The position numbers and the translations under genes are program-made. 64,000 nt of DNA from Octopus bimaculoides (lineage: Eukaryota): NCBI RefSeq assembly GCF_001194135.2, contig NC_068995.1:28887873-28951872 (forward strand). The letters run 5' to 3'. Of this stretch, positions 1-12,693 are shown piece after piece. Position 1 is the first letter of the stretch. Every line of letters starts with the position of its first letter. The notes below the pieces were generated by a model, which worked only from the letters and a program-made list of their open reading frames with translations, had not been told where the DNA came from and searched no databases.

Positions 1-830
1 CGAAAGTAATGACAGCCTTTGAGAAAGAGGGGAAAACCTCCTCGTCGAAATAAAACTCCGGAAGAAACATGCAGATAGGGACCGTTGGACTCTTACGCAA
101 ATTCTTAGAAAGGATCATAAAAGTACAGCTCCCAAAATTACTGCACTGCTTAATGTCTACCTCGAGAACCCAGTTTCCACAAAAACTGTTCGCCGAGAGC
201 TGCACAAAGCCGGATATCACGGGAGGGCTGCAATCAGAAAACCACTACTTTCAAAAATAAACCTTGCAAAGCGTTTAGAGTGGAGTAAAAACCTACAGAA
301 TTGGTCCCCAGAGCAGTGGAAGACTGTTAGATTCTCGGACGAGTCATCCTTTACCTTATTTCCGACCACCGGCCGAGTATACGTGTGGAGACAGCCAAAA
401 GAAGTATTTGACCCAGACTGCCTTCTTCCAAATGTTAAACATGGAGGAGGAATTGTGATGATCGAGGGTGGTGCTATATCTTGGAAATCCGCCAGCCCAA
501 TGGTTTCCCTTCATGGCGGAATTAATAGTCAAGACTATTTAAGCATTTTATGTGATCAAATTCATCCTATGGTTGCTGAACTGTTTCCGGCGGGAAACGC
601 AATCTTTCAGGATGATAATACACTAATTCACACAGCTAAATTTGTTACTGAATGGCACGAGGAACATTGTAGTGAAGTTGAACATCTTATCTGGCTACCA
701 CAGTCCTCAGTCCTCAATATTAGTGAACATTTATGGTGAATTTTAGAAAAAGAAGTAACGTGTCGAATTCATCCACCATCACCACTACAAGAACTGGAGA
801 TTGTTTTAGCTTCCAAAACTAAAATTTTAG
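1..830 (+). mobile_element. Tc1/mariner transposase fragment (Tc1-like, D..D36E spacing), decayed, 5' end outside the window
   Basis: Manual translation gives KTVRRELHKAGYHGRAAIRKP, FSDES (first D, 338-340), VKHGGG, FQDDN..H, and WLPQSSVLNISEHLW followed by a stop. There are 36 residues between the second D and E. No 3' TIR seen. Confidence 0.9.
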
Positions 831-1050
831 TTGCAAATACCCGAGCTACCACAATCATATCTGGCCGATATAGGGTGAACAGCGGAATATCGGTAATCTT
901 TTGCCGATATCGGTCCGTCATCATTACGATATCAAAACGGAGTTATTTTATGTTTTGCATTTCTCATTGTGAATTCCATTTACTGCTATCATCATCTATG
1001 TACAAAAAAATTGTATTTGTAGCAGTATTGTTTTTTTGTTTTTTTAACAG

Positions 1051-2075
1051 TAATCCAACACCGGATTGCTGTCGTACTGCAGCTAGACACGGAATATCCT
1101 TGTGTTCTAAGCAGGGACAGGGGAAGCAACTCAAAATATAATCCTTATATTTTCCACATCGAAAGCAGGGAAATTCAATACCCCTGTCGTAAGTTAGGAT
1201 AGAAAAAACTCATGATTTATCTAGTCATAAATAAGACTAAAAACGCTTTTAAATTTTGGTAGTTCAGTATAATGTATGGGAAAATTTAAAGTCTTTCAAC
1301 TTCAGAAATGTTCAACAATTAATTGCGAATGGTATGTTTCAGTGCAGAATAGTGCGCGTCATTTTCAAAACTTGGGTCCAAACCGACACACGTCTAATTT
1401 AATGTATGTTAAAATGAGATGAAAAAGGTTTTAAGCATCAACAAACATTATGGCATTTACATTTAAAGCTAATTACTGAGCAGTTATCAACATTTGACAG
1501 ATTATTTGTTTTGATGCGTCTAACCAAAAACAAATAGACAATAAAACAACATAAACCTACCACTGCTCAAAATATATTTCAAATTTCTCAATGAAACCCT
1601 ACAGAAATGGATATCATTAGGAGAGCTACAGATAGCCTGTCTACAGATTTCGAACAGACAGTTCTTTAATAATTAGTATAACTAGAGAATCCCTTTTAGA
1701 TGTTCGTTTATTTTATGTCTTGAGGTATATCAACATATCTGACAGCTATGATCACTCCATGTTTGCTGAATTTATTATTTGCATTGGAAATGGTGCTGAA
1801 TATTAGTTCCCGAGGACACCCCATGTAAAATTCTGACTCCCCACTCACCACTCACCATTCACCTTTCATTTTAGATGAAATTGCAGGTAGGCTGTCAGAC
1901 ATGTCCATAAATAGTACTACAAATTTGAGGCTCATAAACATTTATATGAGTTGCAATGTGTTCTAAGGCTACGTATTGACAAACAAATATCCACGTTATT
2001 CACTGTGTGAGGGAAAATACATGTAATTCCCTGTATATTTTTCATTTCATTTTGTACGGGGCACCAGTTGTCACA

Positions 2076-2141
<66 letters not shown>

Positions 2142-2345
2142 AATGATGATTCTGAATATCAAAGACGGACGCTTCAAAAACCACCTCCTGTCGTTCAGTT
2201 TCCAAAAGAGAGAGTATCTCAACCCCACTTGTCTTCTCCAGAGCCAAGTAGATAACAACCAACTAACGTTCACAATCACCAAAAGAAAGAAGTGCATCTG
2301 TAGCTCCTCCCAACTTGTCGGGAAAATCTTAACAGTTGTTGCATG
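1051..2345 (+). other. Possible decayed or unrecognised exon chain (1051-1188, 1875-1886, 2077-2345)
   Basis: AG/GT boundaries with pyrimidine-rich or T-rich upstream sequence and matching phase 1. The first exon has an open 45-codon frame. No recognisable homology, and there are stops in the last segment. Confidence 0.2.
2076..2150. repeat. (GAT)n microsatellite
   Basis: Direct reading; it explains the poly-D, poly-M, poly-I and poly-H ORFs in the track. Confidence 0.98.
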
Positions 2346-3124
2346 GTAAGTATACTTGAGGATATGTGGAAAGTGGTTTCCATTTATTTATAAACAGAAA
2401 AAGAAAACATTTTGTGTTTGAAAGAAGCTCTTGGGATCATTCCATGAAGAGCCATGTTTGAAATGTATGCTTTCACCCTGATACATAATTGCAGTGCTTA
2501 AGAAATAACTGGCAGATAAATGAGGGTAGAGTCAAAAGAAAAACACATTTTCAAGAATTTTATCAATTTAACCTATCTTGTTTCAAAAGGATTACTTAAA
2601 AACAATAAATCGTATAAATCATCCTAACTGGTCTGTTGATATTTGTGTGAGGATATCATAAGTTTTAGCTTCAGATAGCCACAACGTTTCCGTGTCGGAC
2701 GTTTTCTCTTTTGGGTGAAGAGGTACAAAATCTTTGCTTGTATTAGCGTGAGGAATATAATACTGTAATATTAACTTTGGTGTCTGTTACTATTCTAGAG
2801 GCCCTAGGGGCACTGAAATAAGGTGCCACTTCCCTGTTAAATAGGTATCATAATTACCATTTCTGGAATATGAAACCTCTACCCTTAATCACGGCAAACT
2901 AGAAATGGCAAATAAATATTAGTGTTACACTAGACCTTATATAAGGCCACAGATAGTTGATTGTTGGTTTAGCGGTCTCTCCGATTCCAGAAAGCAAATG
3001 TGAAATGAGCTTATTGTTGATTATATATTATTTTCAGTATTTCTGTAAGCTAGTAGTATCATATTCAGCAAGTATTTCGTAACTCTACTCAACCTTTTTT
3101 TTTCTATTTTCAGCTCAGGATCAA

Positions 3125-4771
3125 CGGCTATTCTCCGCAATTGAAAGAATTCGAGAGGAACAGCCACAATACAATATAAAATAGGACCATTGTTGCAAGA
3201 GAATGACTCACTGACAGCGGACCCAGGAAGGATAAGTGAGATACTCAGTGAACAATTTAAAAATGGTTTCACTTTCCCTCTTGGACACATGCAGATGAGA
3301 AATACGGCTGAATTCCTTGATATTGCAGGCGTCAGCCATTGATTACATCAACATTGAGGAAACAATAGCTTCCCAGTTATTCTCCTAAAGTCATGTAAGC
3401 AGGCTTTAGCGAAACCACTTCAGATACTTTTCCAAAGTTTTCTTGCAAGTGGTATATTTCCTAAAAAGCTGAAAGAAGGCATTATAAGCCCTATCCCCAA
3501 AGGTAGAAGTAGAGCCGATATCAAGAACTACAGGCCAATCTCTCTGACTTCGCATATCAGCAAAATCATAGAGCGAATCATCAGAAAGAAGTTGATTATG
3601 TTCCTAGAAGAAAATGACCTACTGAACAATACACAGCATGGCTTCCGTCCACGAAGAAGCTGCCTCACACAGCTCCTACAGCACTATGACTGGGTTTTGA
3701 AACAGCTGCTTGACCATTCAGATGTCAGTGTGATATACCTTGACTTTACAAAGGTATTTGATAAGGTAGATCAAGGCATGATAAGTCATAAGCTATGAGA
3801 CCTTGGCATTGCTGGTAAACTGGGAGAGTGGCTGCATGACTTCCTTAAAAACAGAAGTCAGGTAGTTGTAACTAATGGCACCTTTTCTAAAGAAACTCAA
3901 ATCGTGAGTGGTGTCCCTAGGGAATTGTTTTGGGACCATTACTATTCATAATAGCCCTCTTAGACATGCCCACTTTCACTCGGACAGCCATTGTCACTAG
4001 CTATGCCGATGATACAAAATTATCACCGGCAATAAAAAAAACCAAGATGATGTCACAAACTTACAGCGGAACAAGTGCGTCGAAATAAACAAGATGCAGT
4101 TTAATGCTGGAAAATTTCAAGCACTGCATAATCATCTCACGAATACAGTACAATCTATATATATAGGAGCCGAAGGTATTACAATACCAGAGTCACAGTA
4201 AGTAAAAGACTTGGGATCAGTATGTGCAATGACGCGTCATGTAATATGCACATTAGCAAGATGGCAGCAAAGCGCAGACAACTGGCAGGGTGGAAACTGA
4301 ACTTCTCCAAGATAAGAGACCAAGAAACTATGTTGACTCTGTGGAGAACCTTTGTTCTCAGCCGCCTGGACTACTTCTCCCATTTATGGTCACCACATAG
4401 TGCCAAACTAACAGCGGAGCCTGAAGCAGACCAACGCCACTACACTAAAAAGTACATTGTGTTGTACCAAAGGTACCATCCACTCCATCTAAATTCAGGA
4501 CCAGGTACAGCAATAATCTAGGGTTAAAAAGGCCCACAGCTCTTCAATGCCCAGCCACAAAAATTAATAAATTTGCATAAGGTGGAAGTAAGTGTCTTCA
4601 AAAAGGAACTAGACATCCTTCTCTCCACAATACCGGATGAACCAATAGCTGGAACAAAGCATATACAGCAGTGGTGATGTGAAACACCCAGACTGAGGAA
4701 GTTAGAAAGACCATAGTGGTGCTCCAGCATGACAACGGCCGCATTGGTGAAACGAGTAAAAGAGTAAAAGA

Positions 4772-4772
<1 letters not shown>
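3125..4772 (+). mobile_element. CR1/L2-group LINE, 5'-truncated ORF2 reverse transcriptase with 3' tail, frameshifted
   Basis: Motifs IGPLL, KNYRPISLTSHISKIIER, QHGFRPRRSCLTQLL, YLDFTKVFDKV, YADD (4002-4013), LSRLDY..LWSP and GPQLFN. Ends in ggtgctccagcatg...gaaacgagtaaaagagtaaaagag. Confidence 0.92.
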
Positions 4773-4843
<71 letters not shown>

Positions 4844-5193
4844 ATTGAAATATAAAAAGGAGACGAACGCTCGAGATGTTGTTAATCTATTTATATCATT
4901 AAGTTCTGTACATACGTTTTGACGGGTGCACTCAAAAGATGTCCCGCAGGATAAATAATGGTCAGCAGTGCACTAATCTCTTCAGGAGGTTTATGGTAAC
5001 AAATCATCATAAAAAAAAACATGTTAACCGAAAAAGAAAGTTCTACAAAATGTAACGTATTTACATTTATATAGACATAGGCATTCACACTCAAAGATTT
5101 GACGTGTAAATTTAAACATTATATTTATAAAATAACACAAACGTATACAAACACATACATATATATATATATATATATGCATATATATATATT

Positions 5194-5225
<32 letters not shown>

Positions 5226-5655
5226 CGGATTTCGTAATGAAATAAAAATCAAGGCTGTGTATAATATAGAACATTTATAAATAGAAGGTCTTACAGTTGT
5301 TTCCAGGATATTTATTATATCCCTTCAGCGGAGACGGTGTGAGAGGATTGTTAAGCAATATTTAGTTTACATAAGATAAGAAATAGAGAGTGAAATTAAG
5401 GATATTGTATTTGTAAATCCATTGTTTAGGCAGAATGGTATACATATAAGATTCCAATACCTTATGAGTAAAATCCAATAGTCTTTAAGATTGGTCATTG
5501 CATTTGTAAATCAATTATTAAGATTCCAATTCCCTATGAGTAAAATCCAACAGTTTTTGAAATTGGTAATTCCAAATACAGAGTTTATACACACTGTTAT
5601 TGAATCAAGGGTTCTGTTTAAACATGACCCTTTATTCACATAATCACCGAACCTA
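5226..5655 (-). mobile_element. Non-coding Penelope-like remnant with hammerhead-like fold and 72-bp tandem duplication
   Basis: Lies between (TA)n tracts. The minus strand at 5288-5335 folds as a degenerate hammerhead. The sequence aagattccaat...gagtaaaatccaa is repeated at 5448 and 5520. Confidence 0.35.
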
Positions 5656-5674
5656 TATATATATATATATATAT

Positions 5675-6370
5675 NNNNNNNNNNNNNNNNNNNNNNNNNN
5701 NNNNNNNNNNNNNNNNNNNNNNNNNNNNNNNNNNNNNNNNNNNNNNNNNNNNNNNNNNNNNNNNNNNNNNNNNNNNNNNNNNNNNNNNNNNNNNNNNNNN
5801 NNNNNNNNNNNNNNNNNNNNNNNNNNNNNNNNNNNNNNNNNNNNNNNNNNNNNNNNNNNNNNNNNNNNNNNNNNNNNNNNNNNNNNNNNNNNNNNNNNNN
5901 NNNNNNNNNNNNNNNNNNNNNNNNNNNNNNNNNNNNNNNNNNNNNNNNNNNNNNNNNNNNNNNNNNNNNNNNNNNNNNNNNNNNNNNNNNNNNNNNNNNN
6001 NNNNNNNNNNNNNNNNNNNNNNNNNNNNNNNNNNNNNNNNNNNNNNNNNNNNNNNNNNNNNNNNNNNNNNNNNNNNNNNNNNNNNNNNNNNNNNNNNNNN
6101 NNNNNNNNNNNNNNNNNNNNNNNNNNNNNNNNNNNNNNNNNNNNNNNNNNNNNNNNNNNNNNNNNNNNNNNNNNNNNNNNNNNNNNNNNNNNNNNNNNNN
6201 NNNNNNNNNNNNNNNNNNNNNNNNNNNNNNNNNNNNNNNNNNNNNNNNNNNNNNNNNNNNNNNNNNNNNNNNNNNNNNNNNNNNNNNNNNNNNNNNNNNN
6301 NNNNNNNNNNNNNNNNNNNNNNNNNNNNNNNNNNNNNNNNNNNNNNNNNNNNNNNNNNNNNNNNNNNNNN
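5675..6370. other. Assembly gap (one of about 10 N-runs)
   Basis: Other gaps at about 23837-24630, 32569-32686, 36681-37088, 39050-39112, 42372-42802, 43440-43449, 49074-49333, 50812-51646 and 55142-55558. Long X-rich ORFs in the track are artefacts of these gaps. Confidence 0.99.
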
Positions 6371-6405
6371 TATATATATATGTGTGTGTGTATATATATA
6401 TATAT

Positions 6406-6666
6406 TTTTAAAGTGACAATTTTTAGATACAAACAAATGACCGAAAAATGATGACCTAACTGTAGCCAGAATCGAACCCACAAATCAACGCGTACACAGC
6501 TCCTTGTACGCGTTGATTAAATTTGGCTGGAATTGATGGTTGAGAGTTTGGCCCGATCGGATGCGCAAGGAGCCGTTTAAGCATTGATTTGTGGACTCAT
6601 TTCTGGCCAAGGTTAGCTCATCCTTTTTCGGTCATATGTTTGTATTTAAAAATTGTCGCTTCAAAT
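6406..6666. mobile_element. MITE / fold-back element with about 105-bp imperfect terminal inverted repeats
   Basis: The left arm tttaaagtgacaatttttagatacaaacaaatgaccgaaaaa...cacaaatcaacgc matches the reverse complement of 6560-6666. There is also a perfect 14-bp hairpin at 6483-6518. Confidence 0.8.
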
Positions 6667-9062
6667 CGGAGAATATATATTATTATGATATATTGTTATA
6701 CAGTTATTATACTATCAGTCTTCCATAGTAGCTTTCTCTCTGTAAATTACAAAGCGTTTCTGGATTCTTTACAAATAGTATATGTAGTCATGTATGTATG
6801 TGTGCTTATGTGTGTGTATGTGTGTGTATGAATGTGTGTATGTATGTGCGTATGTATGTATATCTGACCATTAACTGAGGGTACTGAACTCTCACCTTCC
6901 ATAATGTTTCATTGACTAGGCACAAATTAATTATCGATAAGAAAAGGACTGTTAATATAAAGGCACAAAGAAGCAGAAAGATACATGCTGATAGGAGTAA
7001 TTCCCTGTGTAATATTTAATAGGTGTTTTAGTTATTTGTGATCTCTGAAAGTGAAATACAAAATTATAGCAATAAAAGATTTGCCGTAGCAACAAATTCT
7101 ATTCACAGAGGTGACATATATGTGATTGATGTGTTTCGTCAAGGAAGATAAAAAACAAACAAACAAATCTCGTACAAGATAAATGTACAAGGCTGGAGAA
7201 AAATAAAGTCTCAATCTTTTTACCGTTTAATGTATAAGTTTCCACGAAGACAAACATCAACTCCGGAAGTTAAATATGAATATATTTAATTTCGAAAAGC
7301 ACATAAAGGTGAAATATATAAGTAACAATGAATTTCTTTCTACTAGACATTAAGTAGGAGGAAAGGAAGTGGGATATATGATATGAATAAATAAACATAC
7401 AGAAATCTCATCGCTTTCATCTAATTTTGGAAGAGTACCTCTCAAAGTTCTCAAGAAGGTGTTTCATTATGGATTAAGATTAGTTGATATGTACTTTCTT
7501 TTGTCATTTATGGTTTTAAATGAAAGAAGAAAAAAAGCAAGTATACATTCAAGACGAAGCTTCACTTTCCAACGTAAAGAGAAGCTGTATTTAAAATGTC
7601 AGAATTAAGCGATAAAACTTTTGACAATTAAAATGCAAAATACCTGCTTTTATATTATGCATTTGCCTGCTTTTATATTATGCTGCTATTGAAATAATTT
7701 TAACACTGTGCTTATATTTGAATTTTCTAAATTTTTGGAAAACAAAAGGAACCATATTTTTTAGCTAATGTACAGTTTCATAGTAATTTACTATCTTGAG
7801 CTTTAGTGTTCCGAAATATTTTATAACAAATACACCAGACATCATGCTTTATATCATGTAAGTATCTAAGAATAATTAACATAAAAACCCTCCTTTATGA
7901 ATGATTAATAGATATTACAGTGTGTCTATTCTGAACGAAGATTTCTGGGGTGAAAGGATGAAAATTGCACAAGTTGCTTTTTCCCAAATCAGCTTTGAAT
8001 GAATGCATTCATGATCAAAGGCAGTTCATCCATAATCAACCAGTCCTTGTTTCTCAGGCATTAGATATCGAAGATTACATTATCCAATGTCTCCTTGTTC
8101 GGGTCTGAGTGATCTATATTGTATGTGCTAATTTTTCCACGAGTGAAAGGGTTCTTGATATCAATTTTTGGAGTGAAGTACTTCAATAACACAATAAGGA
8201 GGTAAGTACAGTGATGCTAAATAGATTATTTATAGGGAAGCTTTAGGTCAGATCTGATTTATGAAACCTATTACCAGAGACGGTCAAGTCATGGCTATCA
8301 TGTTTTTAAAGGTATAGTACAGATCGTACACTATCTAGTATAATCTCTAATTTTGTTTAATTGAGAGAAATTTGGTTGATTTTTCTGTCATAAATTCAAT
8401 GAATCGCTATCTGAAATTGTTTCGGCAAATAGTCACTTCGACACTTGACGCATGTGACGTTCTCACTTATCAATTAGTTGTTACTTGTGTTTTGTCCCAG
8501 ATCAGTTTTGATAATACAAACCTAATATCAAAGGCATTAGAATGATGACAATTCTGTCATTTTTCGAGCATTACTTAGTTAATATTACGTTATAAAAGAC
8601 GGTAAGATACAATTTGAAAGTGATTTAGATGTTATTAAAGGCACGTAGAAAGGCGGCGCAGTATTTTTGAAAGATGAAAGTCTATCTAATGTCTAAACAA
8701 ATCTATGCTGGATTTTAGCAAATATGAACTTTACTAATATTATGTCAGATGAAACAAGATAATGTTGAAACCATGTCATTTAACTAATTATAATTCCGTG
8801 TCTGAATAAAATTCTTTTAATTTTTGTTTCCTTGAGACCACCGAAGAAGAGGATTAAATGCTCCAGAGATTGTGAATATGCTCAATATATTCAGTTCTCC
8901 AATTTACTGGAGATTCTATTTTCCATCAAGCTATAAATAATAACAATTACCAAAAAATGGGATTGCGTCAGCGTCACTCAGGTGGATCTAGAATGAGAGC
9001 CTCCACCTGATGCTCGAAAAATTACACCGAACACATTGATTAATGCAGGCACATTTTTTATC

Positions 9063-9454
9063 TTTTATCTTGTACTTGTTTCAAGCATTAGACTGCGGTT
9101 ATGCTGGGGGTGCCACCTTGAAGTATTTTAGCCGAACGAATAGACCGCAGTACTTATTTGCTTAAGTCTGGTACATATTCTGTCAGTCTCTTTGCCAAAC
9201 CGCTAAGTTATGGAGACATAAACACACCAACACATGTTGTCAAGTGGTAGTGATGGGACAAAGTCAGACTCAAAGAGACGCACACACATATATACGATAA
9301 GCTTCTTTCGGTTTCCGTCACCAAATCCACTCACAAGCCTTTGCTCCACCCCAGGTTATTAAAGACACTTGCTGAAGGTGCCACGTAGTGGGATTGAACC
9401 CGGAATCATGTGATAGGGAAGCAAACTTCTTAACGCACAGCCACGGCTGCGCCT
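9063..9454 (-). mobile_element. tRNA-derived CORE-type SINE, family A
   Basis: tRNA-like head, CORE-like ccttgggcaagtgtctt segment, internal microsatellite and cagcatggcc..cagtcaaatgactgaaac-type tail. A diverged copy of the element at 56659-57164. Confidence 0.85.
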
Positions 9455-9646
9455 ATACCACATACATAATTCTTTTTAAGAAAAAGTTGATGCAATGCTT
9501 TTAGATGGAATGCATTCATCATATGTCAGCTCAATCAAAGATGACATTGTACTTAAAATAACAACACAAGCAATTGTGTAATGATACATTTAGGTGCTAA
9601 TTAATTAAGAAGCAAACAATGTGAATACTTGGCAAATGAAAATATG

Positions 9647-9892
9647 TATTACATTTTGTTTCCGAAATGTCTGTAGAATGTGAGTTATTTATCGAGTCCC
9701 TCGTTTGTAGCAGCTATGAATACATACAAATCTGCACATATATATACATACATACATACATACATACATACATACATACAAAAGTACCTTGTTGTTGATA
9801 TTGAAATTCTAACGAAGGAGATTTGGATCTAGGTTAGAAACCGGCTCTTTCTCTACTGGTGAAAAAATTCTTGAAATAAAACTGAACAATGA
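9647..9892 (+). mobile_element. 3' end of the (CATA)n-associated RLE LINE family
   Basis: Shares catacaaatctgcacata and the tail agaaaccgg(c/t)tctttc...tcttgaaataaa...aatga with 62172-62286. The segment 9647-9720 recurs at 11294-11365. Confidence 0.65.
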
Positions 9893-9931
9893 CACACATA
9901 CACTCATTCATTCATTCATTCATTCACATAT

Positions 9932-10157
9932 ATCTTTTTCCTTTTTCACTTTTTACTTGTTTCAGTCATTAGACTGCCGCCATGCTGGGGCATCGACTGG
10001 AAGAATTTCTAGTCGAATAAATTGACCTCAGTACTTAAATTTTTGGCTAAGCCTGGTACTTATTCTATCGGTCGCTTTTGCCGAACAGACCAACATCGGT
10101 TGTCAAACGGTGGTGGGGAACAAACGCAGACACTAAAGACACGCACACACACACGCG

Positions 10158-10234
<77 letters not shown>

Positions 10235-10446
10235 CTGAAAGAAATTTGTCGTGTGTGTGTGTATGTATATATATATACATGTACGACGGGCTTCTTTCGG
10301 TTTCTGTCTACCTAATTCACTCACAAGGCATTGATCAGGCCGAGGCTATAGTAGAAGACACTTGTCCTAGGTCCCGCACAGTGGAATTGAACCAGGAACC
10401 ATATGGATAGGAAGCAAGTCGCTTACCACACACCCACGCCTGCCCC
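9932..10446 (-). mobile_element. SINE family A with expanded internal (CA)n
   Basis: Same head, core and tail as the other family A copies; internal tract about 10140-10283. Confidence 0.88.
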
Positions 10447-10732
10447 TACACATATACACATACACAATATTTTAGATATTTAAAAGATTTTTTGATGAAT
10501 TAAGACTGGCAAATTGATATACTATATTCTTTTCAAAAGTATTTTCGAAAAAAAGCAGATTGGTTCAAAGAGGGATGGAATAGCAAACTACATATTGAGT
10601 TTGCGGAGAACATTTCTGACAACAGTGAGATATGTTCTCTGCAACGAACACACACCCACATACGCGTGCACGCGCACACACACACGCACACACATACACA
10701 TGCGCATGCACACACGCACACATATACACACA

Positions 10733-10795
<63 letters not shown>

Positions 10796-11659
10796 GCACA
10801 CACATACATACACCATTACTTGATTAACTGCGTCAAATAGCGGGAAGGAAATACTTTTTAAATTGTTGATCTTACTGCTATTGCTTATTTTACGTGGTCG
10901 TCGGGAATGAAACGAAAAGTATACGTCATTTGATTTCTGAAATGTGATGTACGAGACATAGCCGTTGAACAAATTAAACATAATTAAGACTTAATTGCTC
11001 AGTATTTTCATACTGTACCATCTGAATGTAAATGTTCGTTCACTTCCCCAGGATGAGGTTAGCACACATATACTAAGCTTACACATAAAAGCAACAAAGA
11101 CTATGTACTCGCTTGACATGCTAGAAATAGTAGTCAAATTTCCATCAACTCATACTCTACCATTTAAGAAAAAAGAAAATGCAGCTTCACCAATGTAGTT
11201 ATTTCTAATTTATGTCTGAAAGGATGGTGGAATAGTCACCATTAGAATTCCTTTTATTACAGATCTGCTCAGTCATGTTTAGGTGAAATAAGTATTACAT
11301 TTTGTTCCCGAAATGTCTGTAGAATGTGAGTTATTTATTGAGTCTCACGTTTGTAGAGGCTATAGATAATATATTCGAAGGCAGAATATATTTGATTACT
11401 CATTCATACAGAATCCTCCAAAAGCGACCGGGATCAGTCAGGATATTTCCATTTGTGCTTTGTTGTAACAAAGAAATGGGAGACCATCCTCGTACCAAAT
11501 GAAGAAATTATATTATCTATGGGTCTTGAACCTTCCGAGCTTAAAATAACACTAGGGCCGCTCAGTATCAGATGACATTGAACTAAATAACAACAACAAC
11601 AACAACAAGCATACTTAACATTACAGCAATTCTAAAATTTCAACCAAATTAAGTATGCT

Positions 11660-11860
11660 GTTTCAGATTTTGGCACAAGGCCGGCAATTTTTGGGGAGGG
11701 ATGGATTAAGTCAATTACGTCGACCCAGTGCTCAGCTGGTACTTATTTCATCAACTCCAAAAAAACAAAAGGCAAAGGATTTGAACTCAGAACATAAAGA
11801 CGGACGAAATGCCGCTAAGCATTTTGCCCGGCGTGCTAACAACTCTGTCAGCTCGCCGCC
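11660..11860 (-). mobile_element. tRNA-derived SINE, family B
   Basis: The minus strand has a B-box-like gagttcaaatcc and the tail ggccttgtgccaaaa. Homologous to 14597-14790 and 44884-45090. Confidence 0.85.
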
Positions 11861-12299
11861 TGAATCAAATTAAATATATTAATAATCTTACTGGCGAGTC
11901 TGTTTTAAAATAGATACGTTACTCAGTTCTTTTCACACCAGAACCACTCATGACTATCGATTCGATAGGGCATCAGAGGATGAAACGAAGGATCGGTTGT
12001 TTGTGCCTTAAAACTAATGTTTCTTTCCGTGGAAATGACACTTCACTATCAATGACAGTATCTATCCAGCATAAAGTTGGTTTGTCTGTCGTTATAACAT
12101 CCCACTATAGTGATTGTAAATTTGATGCGCACTTCGTTGTTTGCATTGGCGAATTCAGTTCGTACATTAGTAACGAACAGCTATAGAGAGGCATCCTTCT
12201 TCAGAATATATTTATCTCAGATTCGCTTAATATTATGCAAGGTAGAGTTAAATTTCAGTCCTTTACATCCTCGTAAGCTCTTAAGTGTAATCTAGCTGT

Positions 12300-12455
12300 T
12301 AGTTTTAATGGAAGAACCACAATGCAGTTATTTGACCTGCAAGAAACTGTAACCGAAGTATCTCAAATGACATACCTAGCGTCTTGGACGCAGCTGGAAC
12401 GCCTGTGATCGTAGATCGGCTGAATCAGAGCTAATCAGAAGCTAAAACAACAATA
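12300..12455 (+). mobile_element. Old SINE-like repeat with (CAA)n tail
   Basis: Ends gctaa(a)acaacaa. Similar degenerate pieces at about 11540-11608 (+), 22250-22440 (-), 22710-22800 (-) and 23140-23225 (+). Confidence 0.4.
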
Positions 12456-12693
12456 CTTACATGTTTAAGTAATTATTTCTTAGTGTTTAACTTGACACCA
12501 AGGAACACTAATTAATCTATGAAATTAATTGATAGGATTTTATATATTAGCAAAATTACTTAGTGTATTAAGTGAGTAATGTAATTAGGGAATTAAATGT
12601 AAAGAACATAACGATATGAAGAGAACGATATATGCTATTACAGTTTACATAAAATAGCATAATTACAAATCCATACGAAAACAGATGCATTCA

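Noticed and set aside
1932-2349. Long homopolymeric ORFs (poly-I, poly-H, poly-M) and the many HT/CV/YI-repeat ORFs across the window
   Set aside because: They are translations of tri- and dinucleotide microsatellites that lack stop codons.
2660-3120. Possible minus-strand PLE endonuclease or LINE RT fragments upstream of the CR1
   Set aside because: Only scattered residues match after assuming several frameshifts; too weak to call.
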